Shown here piece after piece: positions 1 through 8,748 of a stretch of DNA of 64,000 nucleotides. The DNA is from an uncultured Spirochaetota bacterium (GTDB lineage: Bacteria; Spirochaetota; Spirochaetia; SZUA-6; Fen-1364): positions 256,001 through 320,000 of the forward strand of contig CAWAHW010000006.1 of the NCBI GenBank assembly GCA_963781885.1, written 5' to 3'. The position numbers and the translations under genes are program-made. The first letter of the stretch is position 1, and every line of letters starts with the position of its first letter. Below the pieces are notes generated by a model, which saw only the letters and a program-made list of their open reading frames with translations, searched no databases and was not told the DNA's origin.

Positions 1-865
1 CGCGGCGGCAAAGGGCGCGCCCGCCGCCGTGGTCACGGTGGCGTTTCAAGGCGAGCGCGGGGCTTTCGGGGAGCACGCCATCCGGCACTGGTTTGCCGCC
101 GAGGTGGAGGCCCAGCCCGTGCCCGAGTTCCCGGCGGTCTTCGACGCGGTGCTGCAGGGCAGCGCACGCTACGGCATGATCCCCATCGAGAACTCGCTCA
201 CCGGCTCCATCCACCAGAACTACGACTTGCTCCTCCAGTACCCGGACATCCGCATCGTGGGGGAGCAGAAGATCAGGATCGTGCACAATCTCATCGGGAT
301 CGAAGGCACGCGTCTCGGCGACATCCGGCGCGTCTACTCCCATCCGCAGGGTCTTGCGCAGTGCGCGCGCTTTCTCGACACGCACCCCGAATGGGAGAAG
401 GTGCCCTATTTCGACACTGCGGGATCCGTGCGTTTCGTCGCGGACGCCGGGTCGAAGGAGAACGCGGCAATCGCGAGCGAGGACGCGGCCGCCGTCTACG
501 GGCTGGTCCTTCTGAAGCAGGGCATCGAGACGCACGTGCAGAATTACACGCGATTCTTCGTCATCGCGCGGGAAGAGCTCGATCTTCCGCCGGAGGCGCA
601 CGCCCGGGGACCGATGAAGGCATCGCTGTGCTTCGCGGTCGCCGACCGGCCCGGGGCGCTGTTCCACGCGCTGAAGGTGCTTGCCGACCGGGGCCTCAAC
701 ATGAAGAAACTGGAGTCGCGGCCCATCCATGGAAAGCCGTGGGAATATCAGTTCTACGTCGACGTGGACGTGCCGGATAACGCGCACGTCTTTTCCCAGG
801 TCATGGAAGAGCTGAAAGCCGTGAGCGAGGACCTTCGCGTGCTGGGCACCTACCGGGGCTCGTGA
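1..865 (+). CDS. pheA: Prephenate dehydratase with C-terminal ACT domain; 5'-partial (frame open to the window edge through an Ala-rich linker, possibly a fusion)
   Basis: VAFQGERGAF, PIENSLTGSI, SHPQGLAQC, NYTRF and ACT motif ESRPIHGKPWEYQFYVD. Confidence 0.9.
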   Translation, partial: AAAKGAPAAVVTVAFQGERGAFGEHAIRHWFAAEVEAQPVPEFPAVFDAVLQGSARYGMIPIENSLTGSIHQNYDLLLQYPDIRIVGEQKIRIVHNLIGIEGTRLGDIRRVYSHPQGLAQCARFLDTHPEWEKVPYFDTAGSVRFVADAGSKENAAIASEDAAAVYGLVLLKQGIETHVQNYTRFFVIAREELDLPPEAHARGPMKASLCFAVADRPGALFHALKVLADRGLNMKKLESRPIHGKPWEYQFYVDVDVPDNAHVFSQVMEELKAVSEDLRVLGTYRGS

Positions 866-914
866 CGCCGCGGCTCGCGCCTCGGAACGCCGTCCCGCTT
901 CGTCCGTGTGCGGC

Positions 915-1532
915 TTACGGCGCCGGCCGGCGCGCAATATTCGCCAGTATCCTGCGATAGATCGTCGTGAACCTTTCGATGCGGCGGAGCTTCAGGCGCG
1001 CATCGGCCATCCAGACGCTTTTTGCATGTTCCTCGACCACCCGCGTGAAATAGCCGTGCGCCGCCCGCAGGTAGGCAAGGCTCGCGGCAATGTCCTCCGC
1101 GGCGCTGTAGCGTTTCGCGTGCCGCTCGATCCGGCCGGCCGCCAGCCTCCTGTTGATTTCCGCCACACCGTGTATTGCCAGGGAGAAGTTGATGAAGCCC
1201 TGCTTGTAATAGGCGTAGGCATGGTCGCGGTGGAGACCGAGGGCATTGGCAGGGACGGCGGGGGGTGCCGCTTCCGTGGCCGGGGGAGCGTGCGGCGCAG
1301 GCTCGGCGGCCGTGGACCGCGGCACGCGAGCGTCCGCGGGCGTGGTGGAGGCCATGAGCGCGTAGTAGGCCTCCGTGAGCGTCATCGTTGCCAGCTCCTG
1401 GAGCGTCTTTTTCTCGCGCGGGAAGCGATCGGGGTGATTCTCCATCACGAGCCGCCGATAGGCGCGCCGGATATCCTCCCGCGTGGCCGCGCTCCCCACA
1501 CCGAGTATCTCGCGGAAGTATCCGTCACCCAT
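915..1532 (-). CDS. J-domain (DnaJ-like) protein with helical C-terminal region
   Basis: YFREILGV...IRRAYRRLVMENHPD...EAY, with the HPD motif. Confidence 0.8.
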   Translation of the reverse strand: MGDGYFREILGVGSAATREDIRRAYRRLVMENHPDRFPREKKTLQELATMTLTEAYYALMASTTPADARVPRSTAAEPAPHAPPATEAAPPAVPANALGLHRDHAYAYYKQGFINFSLAIHGVAEINRRLAAGRIERHAKRYSAAEDIAASLAYLRAAHGYFTRVVEEHAKSVWMADARLKLRRIERFTTIYRRILANIARRPAP

Positions 1533-1556
1533 CGCTGCCGTCCGGCGGTGCGCCTT

Positions 1557-2918
1557 CTACGAGGCGGTATAGTCGTGTCGTCTCTGGTTGGCCTTGATGA
1601 TGCTGTTCTTCAGCGTCAGGAGCTCGATCTTGATCCCGCGCGCCGTCTTCTTCTCCTGCATGAGCCGGGCCTGGAACATCGTGTTGAGACAGCCCAGCCG
1701 CCTGTGGATGAGGAGCAGGTCATTCAGCTGCTTGTCGACAAATGTCGCAAGCTGTTCCTCGCCCGTTGAGGCGAGCCTGCGCACCGCGGGGCCGGACCCC
1801 GACATGAGGGCCGCAAGGAGGCTGGCCTTCTTTGCCACCTCCGCGGAGAATGCGGTGAAATCGATGACCTCCACCTTCGGGGCAGCAACGCCCGGCTCGG
1901 CGTACTGCACCTTGTAGGAGCGGTCGTCCGTCGGCGCCGAGGCACCGCCGCCGAAGATGCGCTTCAGCCACCCGCCCGACGCGCCGCGCGACTCGTGCAG
2001 GAGGCGCTCGTTCTCCTCCAGAATGGCGATCGCCGTGGCGAGATCCTCGTGGGGACGGCTCAGGAGGCGTATGGCCTCCATCAGCACGGAACGTCCGTCC
2101 TGCGCGACGACGGTCTTGGGCTTTTCCGCTTCCGCCACGGCGAGCGAGGCGAGGATCTTCTCCTTGCGCTCGCCGCTGTCCGGCGCAAGCTCGTCATCGG
2201 CCATCTCCTCCGCAAGCGTCGGGTACCAGGGTTTCCCCGTCACTTTCTGCGCGAAGCTTCGGCGGATCTCCTTCACCAGATCCTCCTTCTTCACGCGCGT
2301 CTCACCGTTCGTTGAGAGGGGCGAAAGGAACCGGCGGATCCCCGCCTTCCACGATTCGCGGCTGTACGAGATGAGGTCGGCGAGCACGGCGCGAATGGCG
2401 TGCGTGGTCCGCACGAGCTGCATCTCGGAGTCCTTCAGGATCTGGGAGGCCATCGTATCCTGGCCCATGCGGACCTTCATGAATGCCTTTGCAAAGGCGC
2501 GCGTCGTCGGGCTCTTCGAGCCTTCGCCCAGCTCCAGCCAGTTGATGTAGGCGATCAGCGCCGAGATCTTCTTCAGCCGACCGAGGCCCAGCGACTCAAG
2601 GTCGATGGGATACTCCGTGGAGACGTAGCGGAGCTGCCGGCGATAGGCGGACAGGCGATAGCTCACCTCGTCGGAGTTCTCGAAATCCGGCAGCGTCTCG
2701 TCCTTGGGAAGGGTGATGTCGGTGAATGTCTGCTCGTAGTTGTAGGGGTCCTCGCGCAGGAGGCCTTTGCGGATGATCATCGCCACGACGCCTTCGAACA
2801 GGGACTCGAAGGCGGTGAGCAGATCCTTCAGCTTCGGAATCTGGACCGTTTCCAGCCAATTCCTTCGTTTTTCCAGCGCGTCATCCAACAGCGTCTGGTA
2901 GTCGGGCGATCCTTCCAT
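1557..2918 (-). CDS. Conserved hypothetical helical protein (spirochaete-type)
   Basis: 453-aa ORF with natural composition; TATAAT 8 nt upstream of ATG; probably co-transcribed with the J-domain gene. Confidence 0.7.
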   Translation of the reverse strand: MEGSPDYQTLLDDALEKRRNWLETVQIPKLKDLLTAFESLFEGVVAMIIRKGLLREDPYNYEQTFTDITLPKDETLPDFENSDEVSYRLSAYRRQLRYVSTEYPIDLESLGLGRLKKISALIAYINWLELGEGSKSPTTRAFAKAFMKVRMGQDTMASQILKDSEMQLVRTTHAIRAVLADLISYSRESWKAGIRRFLSPLSTNGETRVKKEDLVKEIRRSFAQKVTGKPWYPTLAEEMADDELAPDSGERKEKILASLAVAEAEKPKTVVAQDGRSVLMEAIRLLSRPHEDLATAIAILEENERLLHESRGASGGWLKRIFGGGASAPTDDRSYKVQYAEPGVAAPKVEVIDFTAFSAEVAKKASLLAALMSGSGPAVRRLASTGEEQLATFVDKQLNDLLLIHRRLGCLNTMFQARLMQEKKTARGIKIELLTLKNSIIKANQRRHDYTAS

Positions 2919-2983
2919 CGGTCCGGATTATACGGTAAACTCATCCTGGACGCAACGTTACAGGCCGCGGAAAAGCGCATCCA

Positions 2984-3544
2984 ATGGCACGCGCGGGAGC
3001 ATTCATACCGGAGAAGCTCGTCGTCGGCATCCTCTCCTCACGCCCGGGGAAGGACGCCGAGCTCCTTTCCTGCCTCACCCGGCGGTGGGGGCCCATCGAC
3101 TGCCGCTCGGCGCCCGTGGAGTTCACCTTCACCCACTATTACGACGAGGAGATGGGGCTTCCCATCGCGCGCTTCTTTCTCAGCTTCCGGCAACTGGTGG
3201 ACCCGTCGCTCCTGGCGCGCATCAAGCAGGAGACCAATGAGCTGGAGGAGTCCTTCCGGGAGGACGGCCGGCGCAAGGTGAACCTCGACCCCGGCCTCAT
3301 GGCGCTGTCGCGCTTCTCTCTGGCCACCACGAAGGAGAGCGCGCACCGGATTCCGCTCGACGCCGGCATCTATGCCGAGATCACGCTCCTGTACAGGCAC
3401 GGGAGCTTCCAACCGTTGGAGTGGACATATCCCGACTTTCGCTCCGCGCGCACCATCCGGCTTCTCAACGAGATACGGGCGCTGTACAAAGCCCAGCTCG
3501 GCTCACCGGCATCGTCGGAGCCCGGTGACGCGGTTCCCGGCTGA
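2984..3544 (+). CDS. DUF4416 family protein
   Basis: THYYDEEMG, IKQETNELE, RKVNLDPG, LATTKESAHRI, EWTYPD motifs. Confidence 0.8.
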   Translation: MARAGAFIPEKLVVGILSSRPGKDAELLSCLTRRWGPIDCRSAPVEFTFTHYYDEEMGLPIARFFLSFRQLVDPSLLARIKQETNELEESFREDGRRKVNLDPGLMALSRFSLATTKESAHRIPLDAGIYAEITLLYRHGSFQPLEWTYPDFRSARTIRLLNEIRALYKAQLGSPASSEPGDAVPG

Positions 3545-3553
3545 ACGCGGGCT

Positions 3554-3961
3554 TCAGTGGCCCTGGTGCCTTTTCAGAGCCTTCTGCCGCGCAATCTCCC
3601 GACGCCGGAGCCTTTCGGCGTCACGTGTCTCCCGGCTTTCTTCACGGGAGCGCGATGCCTGCGCTTCCCGCTGTCGGGAGAGCGCGTCTTGTGAGCGCGT
3701 GGAGACGCCCCGCGCCGCGATTGCGCGGGCAGCCTCGCGGGCCAGGCGTTTCGGATTGGAGCACGCCTTCGTCGCCTCGACGGGCACCACGGGCTCTGCG
3801 CCCAGGAGGATGCCCTGGTCGATGGACCGCACGAAAGCAAGCACCTCACGGTCCCGCGGCTCGGCGCCGAAGACGTGGCGATGCACGCGCAGACCGCCGG
3901 CGCACTCCTCTTCCAGGATACCGACCCAGAACTGGCCGTCGAACAGCACTGTCAGGCACAT
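3554..3961 (-). CDS. yjdF: YjdF (DUF2992) family protein
   Basis: LTVLFDGQFWVG, VFGAEP, NPKRLARE, STRSQDAL and basic C-terminus ending HQGH; cognate riboswitch directly upstream. Confidence 0.88.
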   Translation of the reverse strand: MCLTVLFDGQFWVGILEEECAGGLRVHRHVFGAEPRDREVLAFVRSIDQGILLGAEPVVPVEATKACSNPKRLAREAARAIAARGVSTRSQDALSRQREAQASRSREESRETRDAERLRRREIARQKALKRHQGH

Positions 3962-3964
3962 TGC

Positions 3965-4080
3965 TCCCTCCCCAGTCGATGTGAGCCCGGCGCGCGCAGG
4001 ACATCCTGGGAAGGAAGGTTACTGACGCAGGCAGGGGGCCTGCGCAGCCGGACTACCGGCCGGCTCGTGTTTTTGCGCGC
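3965..4080 (-). ncRNA. yjdF (azaaromatic) riboswitch
   Basis: Minus strand reads GCGCGCAAAAACACGAGCCGGCCGGUAGUCCGGCUGC...GUCAGUAACCUUCCUUCCCAGGAUGUCCUGCGCGC, matching the yjdF-motif consensus blocks; P1 GCGCGCA/UGCGCGC; SD GGAGGGAG downstream. Confidence 0.88.
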
Positions 4081-4098
4081 GTGGCGTTGAACACGTCG

Positions 4099-4127
4099 AC
4101 GATAGAAGGAAGGCCGACTCGGGTCAA
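4099..4127 (-). promoter_or_regulatory. sigma70-type promoter for riboswitch-yjdF
   Basis: TTGACC-17 nt-TATCGT on the minus strand just upstream of the aptamer. Confidence 0.6.
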
Positions 4128-4159
4128 GCACCGGAATCGCGCCGCCCGTTTCCCTTTGC

Positions 4160-4930
4160 ATGAGGATGATTGCGGCCGCCGCCCTTGTCCTCTGCCTGGG
4201 TGCCTGCTCGTTGTTCGACCCCGAGGCGGAGGTGACGGTGCTGCTCCCCCCGCCACCGGCGCACTGGAGCACGGCATTCCCCCGGCTGCGCTTCCTCATC
4301 GTCTGGCCGGACGATGAGGGGCGACTGCAGACGGCAAACGCGGAGCCGGGCCAATCGCAGGTCGCGATCCTCTGTGCGAAAGCGGGCAACACGCCGGTCC
4401 TTGCTTTTCCGCTGATCACAGGTCAGGAGGACGAAAGTGAGCTTCCTGTCCCTCTTCGACCGGCGGGCGGGCTTTTCCCGTCGTCCTGCGCCGATGAAGG
4501 CAACGGCCAGCTGCTCTCCCTCTCGTGGCAGGACGGCCCGATTGCAACGGTGCTCCAAAGGCTCGTGGCGGCAGGTCTTGACGCATCACGCGTGAACGCG
4601 GGCAGGCTCGCGGAGTACTTCGCCCGGCAGGCGGACCGCTGGGACCTCGATCTGGACGCCATTGCCGACAAGATCGCTCACGGCGATTTCTCCGCCTACG
4701 ACATCGACCTTCTGCCCCGGCGCAGCCTCTGCATCGACCTTGAGCCCGGAGCTTGGTTCCTGGAGAGCCCGTTTCGCCCCGCTTTGAGGACAGGGGATGA
4801 CGGGAGGCTGCAGCTTGCGGACGTCTCGCTCGGGATGCACGCGCTTTTTTCGACGCAGGGTGACGTCGTCAGCTTCAGCGTCGGCGCGCACGATCTGGTC
4901 GTGACGAGCGGCAGGGACAATAGACCGTGA
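4160..4930 (+). CDS. Hypothetical lipoprotein
   Basis: Hydrophobic N-terminus with lipobox LGAC; 256 aa. Confidence 0.65.
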   Translation: MRMIAAAALVLCLGACSLFDPEAEVTVLLPPPPAHWSTAFPRLRFLIVWPDDEGRLQTANAEPGQSQVAILCAKAGNTPVLAFPLITGQEDESELPVPLRPAGGLFPSSCADEGNGQLLSLSWQDGPIATVLQRLVAAGLDASRVNAGRLAEYFARQADRWDLDLDAIADKIAHGDFSAYDIDLLPRRSLCIDLEPGAWFLESPFRPALRTGDDGRLQLADVSLGMHALFSTQGDVVSFSVGAHDLVVTSGRDNRP

Positions 4931-4990
4931 GCGGGGATCGCTTCCACGCGATCGAATTGCAGCATCCGGTGTTGCGGGGGGAAATAAAAA

Positions 4991-6151
4991 TCAGGGGATC
5001 CGGATGATGCGTGCGTGCGTGAGCGTCCGCGCCCCCGTGGGGGTGATGAGCACGTCGTTTTCCCAGCGCACGCCGCCGTTGTCGGGATGGTAGAGGCCCG
5101 GCTCGATCGTAAAGACCATGCCCGGGAGGAATGCGGGGTCGGGATTGTCGCCCTGGCTTCGCACGGCGGGAGACTCGTGCACGTCCAGACCCAGCCCGTG
5201 GCCCAGGCCATGGGGCATCGTCCAGCCCGCGGCGGCGAATATCCGGTCCACCTTCTGCGCCACTTCCTGCGGGGAGACGCCGGGCCCCAGGCCCTCCATC
5301 GCCGCGCCGTACGCGTCCTGCACGAGTCCGATCATCAGCTCCTGCGTGGGTGAAAGCCTGCCCCGCGCGATCGTCAGGGTGACGTCGCTCGTGTAGCCGT
5401 CCACTTTCACGCCGAAGTCCAGGATGGAAAGCCCTGGCGCCGCGAAGGGGCCGGCCGAGCAGGAGGGGAAGGCGTGGATGGCCCAGCTGCGGCCCGGCCC
5501 GGCGGCAAGCGTCTCGAAGCCGATCCCCTCGGCGCCGCGTGCCACCGCCTCGCGCTCGATGAGCTGCGCCATGTCGATTTCGCGCACGTCGTCGGCGCCC
5601 CCGGGAACAGAAAGCGTCTCCGCGATCCGCTCGATGACCGCATCCGTGATGCCCGCGGCCTTTTCGATGGCAGCGATCTCCACGGCATCCTTGATCTGCC
5701 GCGCCCTGCTGATGAACTGCTCGTAGCCGTCCGTGCGGAGCAGGATCTGCACCCCGGGCAGGTCTTCGCTGATCTCCTTCCACCGCAGCCAGGAGGTGCG
5801 GGAGGGCAGCTCGCAGCTCCTGCCGGGGGCGTCGTCAATGCCGTTCTGTCTGAGGACCGTGGTGAGAAGCTCGCGCCAGGACCGGCGGAACGTCGCATAC
5901 GGGATGATCTGGTCCACCACGCCGTGCTCTTCCGCCATGTGCACGTCCCACGGCACGAGCACGCTTTTGCCGGATGCGAAGACGAGCAGGCACCCGTCCA
6001 TGGGATGCCCGCAGAGCCATCGCATGCTGGTCGAGCGCTGGTTCTCCCAGTCGTCGATCGCACAGGCATGGATGCCGGCCGCGGCGAGCCACGACGCAAG
6101 CTTCGCCTGCCGCGCGCGCAGGGTGGCCGCTGTCGCCTCAGAGGGCCGCAA
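4991..6151 (-). CDS. Xaa-Pro aminopeptidase (M24B family)
   Basis: [45 protein letters not shown]. Confidence 0.9.
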   Translation of the reverse strand: MRPSEATAATLRARQAKLASWLAAAGIHACAIDDWENQRSTSMRWLCGHPMDGCLLVFASGKSVLVPWDVHMAEEHGVVDQIIPYATFRRSWRELLTTVLRQNGIDDAPGRSCELPSRTSWLRWKEISEDLPGVQILLRTDGYEQFISRARQIKDAVEIAAIEKAAGITDAVIERIAETLSVPGGADDVREIDMAQLIEREAVARGAEGIGFETLAAGPGRSWAIHAFPSCSAGPFAAPGLSILDFGVKVDGYTSDVTLTIARGRLSPTQELMIGLVQDAYGAAMEGLGPGVSPQEVAQKVDRIFAAAGWTMPHGLGHGLGLDVHESPAVRSQGDNPDPAFLPGMVFTIEPGLYHPDNGGVRWENDVLITPTGARTLTHARIIRIP

Positions 6152-8559
6152 CGATGTTCACCAGCTTGTCGGGCACCACGATGATCTTCCTGATCTGCGT
6201 GTCGGCCAGGATCGCGCGGATGCGCTCGTGCCCGAGCGCTTTCGCCTTCAGCTCTTCCTCCGGTGTGCCCGCCGGGAGGCTTTCCTTTGCCCGTATCTTT
6301 CCGTTGATCTGGAAAACGATTTCCCTCATTTCCTCCGTCGTATGGCCCTCGTCCCACTCCGGCCACGGCTGGCGCGCGATGCTCGGCGCATTGCCCGAGC
6401 CGGACCCAGAGCTCCTCGGCGAGGTGGGGGGCATAGGGGGAGAGAAGGAGCACGAAGGGCGTCCACAGGGCCCGGGGCATCTGCGGGAGCCCGGACACCT
6501 CGTTGAGGAATATCATCATCTGCGCGATGGCGGTGTTGAACTCCAGCCGCTCCGTGTCGTGGCTCACCTTCTTGATCGTCTTGTGCAGGACGCGCAGGAG
6601 CGGCTCCGTGGGCTGCGCGTCGGTGAGCGGCAGCTCCGTGATGCGCCAGATGCGTTCCAGGAATCGCTTCGCGCCGGCGATGCCGCGCGTCGACCACGGC
6701 TTTGACACCTCAAGGGGGCCCATGAACATTTCGTAGACGCGCATGGTATCCGCGCCGAAGTCGCGCACGATATCGTCGGGGTTGATGACATTGCCCAGGC
6801 TCTTGGACATCTTCACGCCGCCCTCGCCCAGGATCATGCCCTGGTTGATGAGGCGCATGAAGGGCTCGGGGCTGTTCACGAGGCCCTGGTCGAAGAGGAA
6901 CTTGTGCCAGAACCGGGCGTACAGGAGGTGGAGCACCGCGTGCTCCGCGCCGCCGACGTACAGGTCCACCGGCATCCAGTAGTCGATGGCGTCCCGACGC
7001 GCGAACGCCGTGGCGTTGTGCGGGTCGAGGAAGCGCAGGAAATACCAGCAGGAGCCCGCCCACTGGGGCATCGTGTTCGTCTCCCGCTTCGCGGGACCGC
7101 CGCACTTCGGGCAGGTGGTGTTCACCCAGGAGGGGATCTCCGCGAGCGGGCTTTCACCGGTGCTGGTCGGTACGACCGTCTTCACCTCGGGCAGGCGCAG
7201 GGGAAGCTGATCGTCCGGCAGGGCCACCGTCCCGTCCCGGGGGCAGTGCACGAGAGGGATCGGCTCTCCCCAGTAGCGCTGCCGGGAGAATATCCAGTCG
7301 CGGATCTTGTAGTTCACCGCGCGTTTCCCGATCCCCTTCTTCTCCAGCCATTCCACGATCTTCGTCTTGAACGCCGCCGTGGAAAGACCGTCGAACTCGC
7401 CCGAGTTGACGGCCACGCCCTCCGTCGGGTCGGCCTCCGTGAGCTCGTGGACGCCGCCGTCCCTCGAGACGACCTGGATCACGGGCAGGTTGAACTTCTT
7501 TGCAAAGGCGAAGTCGCGCTCGTCGTGGCCCGGCACGGCCATGATGGCGCCCGTGCCGTAGGAGATGAGGATATAGTCGGAGATCCACACGGGGATCTTC
7601 TTCCCGTTCACGGGGTTCACCGCGTAGGCGCCGGTGAAGACGCCGGTCTTGTCTTTCGCGAGCTCGGTGCGCTCCATGTCCGATTTCATCGCGGAGGCGG
7701 TGACATAGGTCTGGACGGCCTTCTTCTGCGCATCCGTCGTAATCCTGGCGACGAGGGGGTGCTCCGGTGCGAGCACCATGTAGGTGGCCCCGAACAGGGT
7801 GTCGGGCCGGGTCGTATAGACCTCGATGGCATCGGCGCCCTTTTCCAGCGCGAAGCGGACATTCGCCCCCTCGCTGCGACCGATCCAGTTCGTCTGCATG
7901 AGCTTCAGCGATTCCGACCAGTCCAGCATGCTGAGGTCCGTGAGCAGCCGCTCGGCGTAGGCGGTGATCTTCAGGATCCACTGGCGCAGGTTGCGTCGCG
8001 TGACGGGCGTGCCGCAGCGGTCGCACAGACCGTCCTTCACTTCCTCATTGGCAAGACCCGTGAGGCAGGACGGGCACCAGTTGATCGGGGCCTCCGCCTC
8101 GTAGGCGAGCCCCTTTTCCCAGAGGCGCAGGAATATCCATTGCGTCCAGCGGAAGTAATCCGGCTCGCAGGAGGAGATGCATCGGCTCCAGTCGTAGGAG
8201 AAGCCCAGCGATTTGATCTGCGTCGTGAACCGCGCGATGTTCTGTTCCGTGGACACCCGCGGATGCGTGCCCGTCTTGATGGCATAGTTCTCCGCCGGCA
8301 AGCCGAAGGAATCGAAGCCCATCGGGTGAAGGACCTGGTATCCCTTCATGCGGAGGTAGCGGCAATAGATGTCCGTGGCGAAATAGCCTTCGGGGTGCCC
8401 GACGTGGAGGCCGGCGGCGGAGGGGTAGGGGAACATGTCGAGGACGTATTTCCGCTTTTCGCGCGGAACCGCCGGGTCCTCGGTGACGCGGAAGGTCTCG
8501 TTGTCCTCCCAGTACTTCTGCCACTTTCTCTCGATGTCGCTGAACGGGTATCCGGTCAT
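6138..8559 (-). CDS. leuS: Leucine--tRNA ligase (single frameshift near 6395, probably an assembly indel)
   Basis: [16 protein letters not shown] (HIGH), KMSKS, editing domain; C-terminus ...[14 protein letters not shown] lies in another frame (6138-6434). Confidence 0.95.
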
Positions 8560-8565
8560 GGCGGC

Positions 8566-8594
8566 ATGATAGCCACGCGGTGCGGGCCGGTCAA
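8566..8594 (-). promoter_or_regulatory. Leaderless-type sigma70 promoter of leuS
   Basis: TTGACC-17 nt-TATCAT-6 nt-ATG, no Shine-Dalgarno. Confidence 0.65.
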
Positions 8595-8620
8595 CACGAT
8601 GCGGCCGCGGCGTCTTGCGT

Positions 8621-8703
8621 GCCGTGGCCGGGAATGCCACGGAGTACGAATGCCACCGGGTACGGTGGCCGGTGTGGCCGCAAATGCCACCGAGTACCGT
8701 GGC
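8621..8703. repeat. Palindromic intergenic repeat (AATGCCACGGAGTAC[CGTGGC] family), locus 1
   Basis: Three units; hairpins GCCACCG-GGTA-CGGTGGC (8652-8669) and GCCACCGAGTACCGTGGC (8686-8703); same family as 31891-32157. Confidence 0.8.
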
Positions 8704-8748
8704 GACCGGGCTTGCACCGCACGCTCCCGCTTCCTACCAATGCGCCCC

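Noticed and set aside
6904-8748. 1197-aa ORF apparently extending GH4 by 600 aa antisense to leuS
   Set aside because: GC-rich antisense shadow frame of leuS running through the repeat; protein-like sequence starts only at about 8749.
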